Assembly: GCA_050012475.1 (NCBI GenBank)
Contig: JBEKHC010000018.1
Coordinates: forward strand, 1-61,645
Reading direction: 5' to 3'
Source: Candidatus Velthaea sp.
Lineage (GTDB): Bacteria > Vulcanimicrobiota > Vulcanimicrobiia > Vulcanimicrobiales > Vulcanimicrobiaceae
Length of the DNA stretch: 61,645 nucleotides
The position numbers were made by a program, and so were the translations under genes. Shown here in pieces: positions 1-9,131 of this stretch. Below the pieces are notes generated by a model. The model made no database searches. It saw only the letters and a program-made list of their open reading frames with translations, and was not told the DNA's origin. Positions within the stretch are counted from its first letter, which is position 1. Each line of letters starts with the position of its first letter.

Positions 1-28
1 TCCAGGTACATCATGTACAAACGACGCA

Positions 29-298
29 TTAGAATACGTCGAAAGCATCGTGCAACTGCTCATCGTTGATCCCGCCGGCGCGATAGGCAGCCTGCACCGC
101 TGACATCCGCGCATCGAGCTCTTTGAACTGGCGGCTCTCAAGCAAGTGACGCGCTTGCACCTTTGACAATGGAGCGGCAGTCGGCCTTGAGACATCGGTG
201 CCCGCCACGCGGCCCGGGCCCGAGCAGCCAGTGAATGCGATCACTATCAGCAACACGGGGAGCTGGCGTGACCACTTGATCTCACGCGATCTGCTCAT
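29..298 (-). CDS. Short predicted lipoprotein, possibly a truncated DUF4034-like N-terminus
   Basis: ATG at 298; basic N-terminus, hydrophobic stretch and FTGC lipobox; helical segment LLESRQFKELDARM; stops after 89 aa. Confidence 0.45.
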   Translation of the reverse strand: MSRSREIKWSRQLPVLLIVIAFTGCSGPGRVAGTDVSRPTAAPLSKVQARHLLESRQFKELDARMSAVQAAYRAGGINDEQLHDAFDVF

Positions 299-479
299 GG
301 GTTCGATCTGCGACGCGGGTCTGCATGCCATTCTAAGAACACCCAATATGCGGACACGCAGTCGGCACCCAATTTCGTGAGCCAGGTCCGCTACAGGCGA
401 ACATGGTGGCCCCAACCCCTGCCATCAGGCTCGACAGGGTTGGTGAGTTGCGCCCATGCCGGCCGGGTCGGACAATCCG

Positions 480-493
480 TGACACGATTGTCA
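480..493. promoter_or_regulatory. Palindrome TGACA-N4-TGTCA, candidate operator between divergent genes
   Basis: tgacacgattgtca, about 45 nt upstream of the 539 ATG. Confidence 0.3.
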
Positions 494-538
494 GATTTTT
501 CCCGGGTTAGGATTCACAACCCCTAGGTGGAGCAAAGC

Positions 539-1084
539 ATGGAAGTCAAAGGTGCAACGCTTTTGTACACATTGGCGGGCCTGATGATTACGTTCGCCGG
601 GTTCTCGGCGCTCTTGTTGGCCGTCCGACCGGCCGCTGGAGCGAGGTTGTCACTGCTTGACAGATACCTTGCAAAAACCGTCATGACGTACATTTTCGTA
701 TTGACGGCGGGAGCGCTGCTGCCGGCGCTATTGTCGCTCTACGACATTCAGGAAACGTGGATTTGGCGAGGCTCTGGTGTGCTTTTCGCCCTGCCGATGC
801 TGTCTCTTCAGGTCACCTATCCAAGCCGACGCCGCAAGGTGGTCGGCGAAGGACCGCCGCCCGCAATATTCGCGGTCTTCGTTGTGTTCGGTTCCGCTGT
901 GACATTGGCGATGCTTGGCTATATTTTAGGAGGGCTCCGACACGGCGCCGCAGTCTACATCACGGCGTTGACGCTCGACTTCTTTACGGTGGTTTTCGGC
1001 TTCGTGACCGCGCTCGATGTCATCGCGCTCGATGTCGTGATGCAACAGTCAATGGAGGTGCCGGAGCGGCCGGCGCCCCACTAG
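539..1084 (+). CDS. Hypothetical integral membrane protein (about 5 TM helices)
   Basis: GGAG then ATG at 539; several long hydrophobic segments. Confidence 0.75.
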   Translation: MEVKGATLLYTLAGLMITFAGFSALLLAVRPAAGARLSLLDRYLAKTVMTYIFVLTAGALLPALLSLYDIQETWIWRGSGVLFALPMLSLQVTYPSRRRKVVGEGPPPAIFAVFVVFGSAVTLAMLGYILGGLRHGAAVYITALTLDFFTVVFGFVTALDVIALDVVMQQSMEVPERPAPH

Positions 1085-1511
1085 CTTCGAGTCCTAGCCA
1101 AGAGGGTTTCGAGCGGGGACGGGACGCGGCGTCTTGTCCCGACGCCTCTACCTCGAAGACCACGTCAACGATCGCGCGTGCCGGCGCATCGATTTGCAGC
1201 GCCGTGGTCTGGTCGTCCGTCGGGTAAACGCGTTGGGAGCTTTCTTTGGCTTCGTTTTCGGCGCTTTGGGCGTAGTCGATGCCGATCTCTCGCGTCGCGA
1301 TGGCTGGTCGGCCTACGGCGTGCGCCGCGAGCGGCTCGTCGAGGGGAATTCCGCCTTTAGGTTTTTGGGCGTCCCTTTTGCGAAGGGGAAACCGTTACGG
1401 GGCGGGCCTCGTCTTTTGACATCTCAAGGGACCCCTTTCGGGCAAAGCGATGCGGTCCTGTGGATGTCTCTGAAAGATCGAAGTCCAGTTCTGCAAAAAT
1501 AGAGTTGACGC

Positions 1512-1877
1512 ATGGCATTTGACTCGAACTGTTCGATTGTTGCCGAGCTCGCTCGTTGGGTAAGGGCGAACGAAGTTGCCGTCCGTGAAGCAGGCATCGA
1601 AATGATCTTTCGCCAGCCTTGGGCTGACTCTCCGTGGAAATCCGGAGTCGGATTTATCCATAACGACATCGTCGTGGATTACACGGTCTGGGAGCGAACG
1701 ATATTCCAAACCTCGCTCGTCGTCTTGAACGGACTCAGCAAGAAGACCCTTGTGAGTGATGACAACGAGCCGAGCGAGTCATCTGTAGTGCGCCGCGACT
1801 TAGACACCATCGTGCGAAAACTCGTCGACGGAACTTTCGCAAACATGAAACCGGATCAAAAATTCAAGGGAAGGTGA
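1512..1877 (+). CDS. Hypothetical protein, lower GC, immunity-protein-like size
   Basis: 121-aa ORF with globular composition and visibly more A/T than its neighbours. Confidence 0.6.
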   Translation: MAFDSNCSIVAELARWVRANEVAVREAGIEMIFRQPWADSPWKSGVGFIHNDIVVDYTVWERTIFQTSLVVLNGLSKKTLVSDDNEPSESSVVRRDLDTIVRKLVDGTFANMKPDQKFKGR

Positions 1878-2237
1878 CGTCCCTTGGGCGGGATGCAAAA
1901 GGGAACCCTTTTGAGCGCTCTATGAAGATCTCGTCGTGCGAGATGGTGCGGACGCCGCGATCGCGCAGTTCGCGCTCGATAGAGAGTGCCATCTCGTGCT
2001 CGGCCTTCCGTTCGGCCGGGCCTTCTCCGAGGCTTGAACGGTCGGCGACGCGAACCGCATCGCGCCGGTCTGCTCGTCCTTGAGCGGAAAGTCGAGATTC
2101 ATAAGCGCGTCTCTCCAAGCGCCCACGCATCGCGCTTCGACGTTCTCGAAGGCCGACGCGGAGACCGCGATCATGGAGCGGGTCAGAGGCGCGACGAAGG
2201 CGGAGGATCGCGCCTTGGAAGTCGATCGGCGAGGCAT
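1864..2237 (-). pseudogene. Frameshifted hypothetical gene
   Basis: Frame MPRRSTSK...ASEKAR joins frame AERKAEHEMALSIERELRDRG if one G is added near 2016 (gag aag gcc cgg [g]cc gaa). Confidence 0.4.
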
Positions 2238-2293
2238 TTTCGGTGGGCGAAAAAGGAGACTCCTGGTACAGGCTTGCGGCTCGGAGCGCTTCC

Positions 2294-2322
2294 TTGACAG
2301 CGCAACGTTCACGTGTTACGAA
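2294..2322 (+). promoter_or_regulatory. sigma70-type promoter of the aro operon
   Basis: TTGACA (2294-2299), 17-nt spacer, TG-n-TACGAA (2314-2322); predicted TSS at about the leader ATG 2329. Confidence 0.7.
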
Positions 2323-2328
2323 AAATGG

Positions 2329-2418
2329 ATGACGCCGTCGCCCTTTGCGCTTTCGAGCTGGACGTTTTTTGCGTTTCGTGGCACCACGAGACTCGGGAGT
2401 GGGTTTTTGCGCCGATGA
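2329..2418 (+). CDS. Phe/Trp-rich leader peptide of the aro operon (MTPSPFALSSWTFFAFRGTTRLGSGFLRR)
   Basis: 29 codons with a W-T-F-F-A-F core; all five Phe codons are TTT; lies between promoter and terminator. Confidence 0.75.
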   Translation: MTPSPFALSSWTFFAFRGTTRLGSGFLRR

Positions 2419-4577
2419 AGATGATAGCGCGCGAATCCTACGAAGCTCCCGAGTCGCACGACCGGGAGTTTTTTACGTCAGTCACCGTCACGCCCGCGCA
2501 GCGGCTCTCCGGTTCGCCGGCCGTTCCCGGCGACAAATCGATCTCGCACCGCATGCTCATGCTGGGCGCGCTCGCACACGGCGAGACGCGCATTACCAAC
2601 TTACTCGACTCGGCCGACGTGCGCTCGACGCGCGGCGTGATCGAAGCGCTCGGCGTGCCGGTGTCCGACGTCGACGGCACGGTGGTGGTTCAGGGACGCG
2701 GACCCGCGGCGCTGCACGAGCCGGCCGCGGTGCTCGATTGCGGCAACTCCGGAACCACGATGCGGCTCATGGCGGGCGTGCTCGCGGCCCAACCGTTCGT
2801 CAGTCAGCTCGACGGCGACGACTCGCTGCGCTCGCGCCCGATGCGCCGTGTCGCCGAGCCCTTGTGGGCGCTGGGCGCCACGATCGAGCTGGGCCCCGAT
2901 GAACGCGCGCCGATCGTCGTTCGCGGCGGCAACCTGAGCGGAGCGCACTACGACTTGCCGCTGCCCAGCGCGCAGGTCAAGAGCGCGCTGCTCTTGGGCG
3001 CGCTGGGCGCCGTCGGCGAAACCGTAATCGGCGGCGAGCTGGGGGGCCGCGACCATACCGAGCGCCTCTTACGCCATTTCGGCGTTGAGCTGGAGGTCGG
3101 CGAGCAACTGCGCCTGCGCGGCGGACAAACGCTGCAGGCGGCCGACCTGCGGGTTCCGGGCGATCAGTCCTCGGCTGCATTTTGGCTGGCCGCGGCGACG
3201 ATCGTGCCCGGCAGCTCAGTCCGGGTGGAGGACGTCGGCGTCAATCCGACCCGAATGGGATTCGTGCGCGTGCTCCAGCGCATGGGTGCCAAGATCAGCG
3301 TGACCAGCCCGCAGGGCGACTGCGAACCGGTTGCAACGCTGGTGGCCGAATACGCCGACTTGCGCGCGACCACGATCGACGCCGACGAAGTTCCCGCGCT
3401 CATCGATGAACTGCCGCTCATCGCCATCTTGGCGACGTATGCCGTCGGCCTGACCGAAGTCCGCGGCGCCCGCGAACTGCGCGTCAAGGAGAGCGATCGC
3501 ATCGAAGCGATCGCGGTCAACCTGCGCGCGATGGGCGCCCAAGTCGAGGTGCTCGAGGACGGCTTCCGGATCGCCGGCCCGCAGCCGCTCAATGGCGCAA
3601 AGATCCGCACCTTCGGCGATCATCGCATCGCGATGGCCTGCGCGATCGCCGCGCTCGGCGCGTCTTCCCCGACGACGATCGATGATGCCGCCTGCGTCGC
3701 GATCTCGTATCCCACGTTTTTCGCGACGCTGCGCGAGCTGACCGGCAGCCCGGTGCACGCCGGCGTTCTGGGCTCGTCGCTCGCGCACTCGCGCTCGCCC
3801 GATATTTTCGCCTGGCTCGCTCGCGCGACGGGGACGAACGTTGCCTACGAACGTTTCGAGCGTTCGGAGGGCGATGTGGTCGCGCTGTTCGAGACGATCC
3901 GGCGCGATCCGGCCTTGATGGGCTGCAACGTTACCGTGCCGTACAAGGAGCTGGCCTACCGGCTCGTCGACCGCCGTTCGCCGGTCGCCGAGACGGTCGG
4001 CGCGGTCAACGTCGTGGCACGCCGCGGGGACGGCACGCTCGACGGCCACAACACCGATGTCATCGGGATCCTGGCCACCCTCGACGCGCACGAGATGAAT
4101 CTGCGCGGGAAACAGGTGTGCCTGCTCGGTGCCGGCGGCGCGGCGGCCGCCGCGTTCTACGCGCTCGCGCAGCGCGGTCCAGCCCAGATCGTCGTTGCCA
4201 ACCGCACGCCGGAGCGGGCGGTCGCGCTCATCTCCCGGTTCGCCCGCCACCTGCCCGGCTTATCGCTGCGAGCCGACCCCAAGCCGCGCGAAAAGTTCGC
4301 CCTGGTAGTCGATGCGACCCCGGGCGTCGTCGGCGGCGAAATCGCCTTCGCGCCCGGCAGCTGGGCCTTCGATCTCAAGTACGGTGCGATGCCCTCGCCG
4401 TTCCTGACCCACGTTAAGGCGGCCGGGCTGGCGCAAACCGTCGACGGACTCGAGATGCTCGTCGCGCAGGCGCTGGCCACCTTCGAGATCTGGTTTCGCG
4501 ACGGACGCCCGTTCCCAAGCGACGAAAAAGCGCGCTATATGGACGGATTGCTCGCTCATCTCCGGCACGCGCGATGA
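2415..4577 (+). CDS. aroA: EPSP synthase fused to shikimate dehydrogenase (AroA-AroE); start uncertain (ATG 2415/2421 or ACG 2475)
   Basis: AroA motifs GDKSISHR, SAQVKS, RDHTE, KESDR, DHR; then AroE motifs SRSP, NVTVPYKE, GAVN, NTD, GAGGAA, MLVAQA in one frame. Confidence 0.93.
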   Translation: MKMIARESYEAPESHDREFFTSVTVTPAQRLSGSPAVPGDKSISHRMLMLGALAHGETRITNLLDSADVRSTRGVIEALGVPVSDVDGTVVVQGRGPAALHEPAAVLDCGNSGTTMRLMAGVLAAQPFVSQLDGDDSLRSRPMRRVAEPLWALGATIELGPDERAPIVVRGGNLSGAHYDLPLPSAQVKSALLLGALGAVGETVIGGELGGRDHTERLLRHFGVELEVGEQLRLRGGQTLQAADLRVPGDQSSAAFWLAAATIVPGSSVRVEDVGVNPTRMGFVRVLQRMGAKISVTSPQGDCEPVATLVAEYADLRATTIDADEVPALIDELPLIAILATYAVGLTEVRGARELRVKESDRIEAIAVNLRAMGAQVEVLEDGFRIAGPQPLNGAKIRTFGDHRIAMACAIAALGASSPTTIDDAACVAISYPTFFATLRELTGSPVHAGVLGSSLAHSRSPDIFAWLARATGTNVAYERFERSEGDVVALFETIRRDPALMGCNVTVPYKELAYRLVDRRSPVAETVGAVNVVARRGDGTLDGHNTDVIGILATLDAHEMNLRGKQVCLLGAGGAAAAAFYALAQRGPAQIVVANRTPERAVALISRFARHLPGLSLRADPKPREKFALVVDATPGVVGGEIAFAPGSWAFDLKYGAMPSPFLTHVKAAGLAQTVDGLEMLVAQALATFEIWFRDGRPFPSDEKARYMDGLLAHLRHAR
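2445..2474 (+). terminator. Attenuator terminator of the aro operon
   Basis: Hairpin gctcccg-a-gtc-gcac-gac-cgggag followed by T6; its 5' arm can alternatively pair with gactcgggagt (2390-2400). Confidence 0.7.
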
Positions 4578-5740
4578 GCACGCTGCGCTACCTGACCGCC
4601 GGCGAGTCGCACGGCCGGGCGTTGGTGGGAATCATCGAAGGGGTTCCAGCCGGACTCGCGCTCGACGTGCCCTCGCTGCACGCGCAGCTCAAACGCCGCA
4701 AACTCGGCTACGGCCGCGGGAATCGCCAGACCATCGAGACCGACGAGGTCGAAATTCTGACCGGAGTGCGCTTCGGCGAAACGCTGGGCAGCCCGATCGC
4801 GCTGGTGATCGCCAATCGCGATTGGCGCTCCTGGACCGAGATCATGGCCGCCGAACCGCCGATGCGCGAAGGCCGGCGCAAGGTTACGGTGCCGCGGCCC
4901 GGGCACGCCGACTATGTCGGCGGTCTGAAGTATGCGCACGGCGACATGCGCAACGTTTTGGAACGCTCGAGCGCGCGCGAAACGGCGATGCGGGTTGCCC
5001 TGGGCAGCGTCGCCCGGGCCTTTCTCGCCGTCTTCGACATCCATATTGCGAGCCGGGTGACCGCGATCGGACGGGTGAGCGACACCCGAGCGCTCGACGT
5101 TCCGGTCGACGGGCTCAACGCATTGCTCGATGACCGGCCGCTGCGCGTGCTCGACGAGGCGGCCCAAGCGCGCATGGTCGCCGAGGTGGACGCCGCCAAA
5201 GCCGCCGGCGATACGCTCGGCGGCATCTTCGAGGTCTATGCGTCGAGCGTGCCGGTCGGTCTGGGCAGCTACGTGCAGTGGGATCGGCGCCTGGAGGCCG
5301 AGATCGGGCGTCAGTTCCTGAGCCTCAACGCGATCAAAGGCGTCGAAGTCGGCGGCGGCTTCACCAGCGCCGCGCGGCGCGGCTCGCAGGTTCACGATGA
5401 GTACTTGCCCGGTGACGAGCGGCTGCGCTATGCCAGCAACAATTCGGGCGGCATCGACGGCGGGATGAGCACCGGCGAGATGCTCGTCGTGCGGGCCGGC
5501 ATGAAACCGATTTCGACCCTCATGAAACCGCTGCGTTCGGTCGATCTTGCCACCGGCGAAGCGACCAGCGCGCACATCGAGCGCTCGGATACCGTTGCCG
5601 TTCCGGCGGCGGCGGTGATCGGCGAGTCGTTGCTCGCACTGGTGCTGGCCGAGGCGCTGCTGGAGAAATTCGGCGGCGACAGCATGGGCGAGATCGTCCC
5701 GCGCGTTCGAGAATGGCAGCACCTTGCGCTGCGCTCCTAA
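4574..5740 (+). CDS. aroC: Chorismate synthase
   Basis: TAGESHG, RPGHAD, ERSSARETA, MKPISTL motifs; ATGA overlap with the upstream gene. Confidence 0.97.
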   Translation: MSTLRYLTAGESHGRALVGIIEGVPAGLALDVPSLHAQLKRRKLGYGRGNRQTIETDEVEILTGVRFGETLGSPIALVIANRDWRSWTEIMAAEPPMREGRRKVTVPRPGHADYVGGLKYAHGDMRNVLERSSARETAMRVALGSVARAFLAVFDIHIASRVTAIGRVSDTRALDVPVDGLNALLDDRPLRVLDEAAQARMVAEVDAAKAAGDTLGGIFEVYASSVPVGLGSYVQWDRRLEAEIGRQFLSLNAIKGVEVGGGFTSAARRGSQVHDEYLPGDERLRYASNNSGGIDGGMSTGEMLVVRAGMKPISTLMKPLRSVDLATGEATSAHIERSDTVAVPAAAVIGESLLALVLAEALLEKFGGDSMGEIVPRVREWQHLALRS

Positions 5741-5764
5741 CGGCGCCGCGATTGCGCGATTGGT

Positions 5765-6841
5765 GTGAGGACGGTACGGTTCGCCCTCGGCTCGCGCGCG
5801 TACGACGTGCAGATCGCTGCCGGGGCGATCGATGCCGCAGCGGCACTGGCCGCGCCGGCCGGGCTCGACGATGCCGGTGCCTACGCAATCGTCGCCGATC
5901 GAGCAGCGGGAACGGCGCTCGAGCGCATCGCGCGAGCGCTGCGCGCGAGCGGGAAGCCCGTGCACGAGATCGTGCTCGACGTCGCCGAGTCCAGTAAATC
6001 GATGGCGGGTCTCGACGCGCTCTACGGGCGCTTCATCGACGCCAAGCTCGATCGCAGCGGCGTCGTGGTCGCCTTGGGCGGCGGCGTGATCGGCGATCTT
6101 GCCGGCTACGCGGCGGCGACGTTTTTGCGCGGCGTGCGCTATATCGGCGTGCCGACGACACTACTGGCTGCCGTCGACAGCTCCGTCGGCGGCAAGACTG
6201 CGATCAACCATGCGCGCGGCAAGAATTTGATCGGCGCGATCCATCAGCCGTCGCTCGTCATCGTCGATCGCACGGCCTTCGCGAGCTTACCGCGGCGCGA
6301 GCTGGTTTCCGGGTACGGCGAGATGATCAAATACGGGCTCGCGCTCGACGCACCGTTATGGGACGAGCTGCGGGCGCTCGATCCGAGCGCGGTCGGCGAC
6401 GCGCAGATCGAACGCTGCATCGCGCTCAAGGCGGCGATCGTCGCCGCCGACGAACGCGACGATAAGGGTATTCGCGAAACGCTGAATTTTGGTCACACGA
6501 TCGGTCACGCGCTCGAAGCGGCAACCGACTATGCGTATTACCGGCACGGCGAAGCGGTCGTGGTCGGGATGCGCGCCGCGGTCCATCTGTCCGCTGCGCG
6601 TGCGCACTGCAGCGCGCAGCTTGCGGCGGCCGTGGACGCCCAACTCGCCGCGGTCCCGGTTCCCGCGCTGCCGCCGCTCGACGCCGAGGCCATCGTCGCG
6701 GCGGTCGGACGGGACAAGAAACGCGCCGGCGGCGGTGCCACGCGTTTCGTGCTGCTGCGCGCGATCGGCGAAACGGTCAACGATGCCGGTGTCGATGCGC
6801 GCGCGCTGCACGAAACGCTCGCCTTCCTGCGGACGGCGTAA
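5765..6841 (+). CDS. aroB: 3-dehydroquinate synthase
   Basis: GGGVIGDLAG, PTTLLAAVDSSVGGKT, LNFGHTIGHALE, HGEAV. Confidence 0.96.
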   Translation: MRTVRFALGSRAYDVQIAAGAIDAAAALAAPAGLDDAGAYAIVADRAAGTALERIARALRASGKPVHEIVLDVAESSKSMAGLDALYGRFIDAKLDRSGVVVALGGGVIGDLAGYAAATFLRGVRYIGVPTTLLAAVDSSVGGKTAINHARGKNLIGAIHQPSLVIVDRTAFASLPRRELVSGYGEMIKYGLALDAPLWDELRALDPSAVGDAQIERCIALKAAIVAADERDDKGIRETLNFGHTIGHALEAATDYAYYRHGEAVVVGMRAAVHLSAARAHCSAQLAAAVDAQLAAVPVPALPPLDAEAIVAAVGRDKKRAGGGATRFVLLRAIGETVNDAGVDARALHETLAFLRTA

Positions 6842-6871
6842 CCGCGGCTGGGCGAAGCCGAGCCGAATGCA

Positions 6872-7543
6872 TTAGTGGTGGTCGCCGCCGCCGTGCTCGG
6901 CATGCCCTTCGGCATGAGCGTGCCCTGCGGTATGAGCGTGACCTTCGGCGTGGGTGGCGTGCCCTTGGGGCGCGGGATGCCCATAGTAGCCGCCGTGCGC
7001 GGCCGGAGCGACGAAGTCACGTCCGTGAAAATCGCCGCCCGGCCGGCGATAGATTTCGTTGACATGCACGTTGTTGTACACCCGCGCTCCGCCGACGTAG
7101 TGGTAGCCGCCGTAGAACGAGCGGCCGTGCCACCAGCCGGGATTGCCGAAGAAGAAGCCCAGGCTGATGCTCGGTCCGTAGTAGTTCCACGGATGGCCGG
7201 CATAGTACGGATAACCGCTGTAGAAACGGTACGGCGTATCTATTTCATTGGCGGAAAAATAACTGCCCGCATTGTAACCGAGGATGCTCACGATCATTCC
7301 GGGCGCAAGCGTTAAACCGGTCGGATTGATGATCGTCCCGGGATGCAGCTGAACGTTGTCGACGTAGCCGCGTTCGTCGCGCACGGCGAGGTTGTAGCCG
7401 CCGTCGAAATTGAGAACGCGGCCGTGGATATTTTGATCCGCGGGGTAGGGTTGATTCGCATACGACGGGAGGTCCTGGGCCTGCGCCGCGATCGGCAGCA
7501 GAAGGCAGAATGCGGCAAGTGCGCCGATGATGCGTTGTATCAT
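6872..7543 (-). CDS. Secreted hypothetical protein with Tyr/Gly-rich region and His-rich tail
   Basis: Signal peptide ending AQA; OB-fold-like N-domain; tail GHATHAEGHAHTAGHAHAEGHAEHGGGDHH. Confidence 0.8.
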   Translation of the reverse strand: MIQRIIGALAAFCLLLPIAAQAQDLPSYANQPYPADQNIHGRVLNFDGGYNLAVRDERGYVDNVQLHPGTIINPTGLTLAPGMIVSILGYNAGSYFSANEIDTPYRFYSGYPYYAGHPWNYYGPSISLGFFFGNPGWWHGRSFYGGYHYVGGARVYNNVHVNEIYRRPGGDFHGRDFVAPAAHGGYYGHPAPQGHATHAEGHAHTAGHAHAEGHAEHGGGDHH

Positions 7544-7673
7544 AACGACTCAGAAACGAACGCCGGCCGCACTTCGGTGCTGCTATTTTGCTAAGAAGGT
7601 TAAACCTGGATGAATCTTCCCTCGCCGTATCTGATTTAAGGTGAGTCCCAGGCAACCACGCGCGGCTTCGCGT

Positions 7674-7679
7674 TATGAT
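7674..7679 (+). promoter_or_regulatory. -10 element giving a probable leaderless transcript
   Basis: TATGAT 6 nt before ATG 7686. Confidence 0.5.
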
Positions 7680-7685
7680 CGGGAC

Positions 7686-8261
7686 ATGAAACACGCAATC
7701 GCCCTTTCGCTCGCTCTGGCTTTGGCGCCGGCGTCCGCCCTTGCCCAGGGTGCACCTCCGCCCGGACCGCCGGGCATGGGCGACGCTGCGCCGAGTGCAG
7801 CCCAGATGTCGGCCATGCGCCAAGTTCACGCGCAGGCCGAAACACTGCACGTCCAGGCGCGTTCGCGCCTGATCGCGGCGTTGACGCCGGCGCACCGGGC
7901 AGCGGTCGCGAACGTCTTCGGTCAGCTCGCGCTGTCGGCCAGCCCCGATCCGCGGGCGGCCGCGCAGGCGCTCGACGCAATCTTGTCGCCGGCAGAGAAA
8001 CAATCGGTCGTCAACATTGCGGCGGCTGAACGCTCCAACATGCATGCGCTCATGCAGCAAGCGCGGGCGACGTTCGAGTCGACACTGACGGCCGAGCAGC
8101 GGGCGAAGATGGTCCAACATCGGGCAAATATGCAAGGCATGCACAAGCACCGCGCGCTGCCGCCCGGCGCGGCGGATCCCGGCGCGATCGTGCTGCGCAC
8201 GCTGGGCAGCTTCGGCGGCCCGGGGATGCACGGCCCGGGCATGCGGCCACGCGCCTTCTAA
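7686..8261 (+). CDS. Secreted Spy/CpxP-like helical protein
   Basis: Signal peptide ending ALA; LTPAHR, LSPAEK, LTAEQR repeats resembling LTxxQ; Met/His-rich. Confidence 0.7.
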   Translation: MKHAIALSLALALAPASALAQGAPPPGPPGMGDAAPSAAQMSAMRQVHAQAETLHVQARSRLIAALTPAHRAAVANVFGQLALSASPDPRAAAQALDAILSPAEKQSVVNIAAAERSNMHALMQQARATFESTLTAEQRAKMVQHRANMQGMHKHRALPPGAADPGAIVLRTLGSFGGPGMHGPGMRPRAF

Positions 8262-8376
8262 CCACGCGCGGCGGCGAACGCCGAGCTTGCGAACGCCCGG
8301 GGCGACCCGGGCGTTTTTGCGCCCAGGCCTCACGCCCGCGCGGCGGAAAATGCTGCGTGGCGCGGAAGGCCGGTGG

Positions 8377-9129
8377 GTGGCTTCGTCAGACAAAATCGCG
8401 GTAATAACTGGCGCCGGGAGCGGCATCGGGCGCGCAACGGCGCTGGCGCTGGGTGAGGCCGGCTTCGTGACGGTTCTGGCTGGGCGAAGGCGCGAGCAAC
8501 TCGAGGAGACCGCGGCGCTCGGGCAGTCCGGCCGAGCGCTGGTGGTGTCGACCGATGTCGCCGATCCGGTGTCGGTCGACGCGCTGTTTGCGAGCACGGC
8601 GCAATCGTTCGCGCGCATCGACGTGCTGTTCAACAACGCCGGGACGAATGCTCCGCCGGTGCCGTTCGAGGAGCTGACCTTCGCGCAGTGGTCGAACGTC
8701 GTGGCAGTCAATCTGAGCGGGATGTTCCTGTGCGCGCAGGCCGCCTTCAAGCTGATGAAAACGCAGACGCCGCAAGGCGGCCGGATCATCAACAACGGTT
8801 CCATTTCCGCGCACGCTCCGCGACCGAATTCCGCGCCGTACACGTCGACCAAGCACGCCATCACGGGCTTGACCAAATCGATTTCGCTCGACGGCCGCGC
8901 GTATGATATCGCTTGCGGACAGATTGACATCGGCAATGCGCTCACCGCGATGGCGGCGGCGCAGACCAAAGGCGTGATCCAAGCCAACGGCACGATCGCG
9001 ATCGAGCCCACGATGGATGTCGGCGAAGTCGCCCGGGCCGTGGTGTACATGGCGGGCCTTCCGCTGAGCACGAACGTGCAATTCATGACCGTCATGGCAA
9101 CGAAGATGCCGTTCATCGGGCGCGGTTAG
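8377..9129 (+). CDS. Short-chain dehydrogenase/reductase
   Basis: [17 protein letters not shown]. Confidence 0.92.
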   Translation: MASSDKIAVITGAGSGIGRATALALGEAGFVTVLAGRRREQLEETAALGQSGRALVVSTDVADPVSVDALFASTAQSFARIDVLFNNAGTNAPPVPFEELTFAQWSNVVAVNLSGMFLCAQAAFKLMKTQTPQGGRIINNGSISAHAPRPNSAPYTSTKHAITGLTKSISLDGRAYDIACGQIDIGNALTAMAAAQTKGVIQANGTIAIEPTMDVGEVARAVVYMAGLPLSTNVQFMTVMATKMPFIGRG

Positions 9130-9131
9130 CG

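Noticed and set aside
7..19. Palindrome gtacat-c-atgtac next to a possibly truncated gene
   Set aside because: At the window edge, too short to call an element end
1009..1036. 15-nt-period tandem duplication (ALDVI ALDVV)
   Set aside because: A single in-frame slippage near a C-terminus with no sign of function
2313..2414. N-terminal extension of AroA from GTG 2313 or ATG 2325
   Set aside because: These starts overlap or sit right after the predicted -10 element, so they are unlikely to be transcribed
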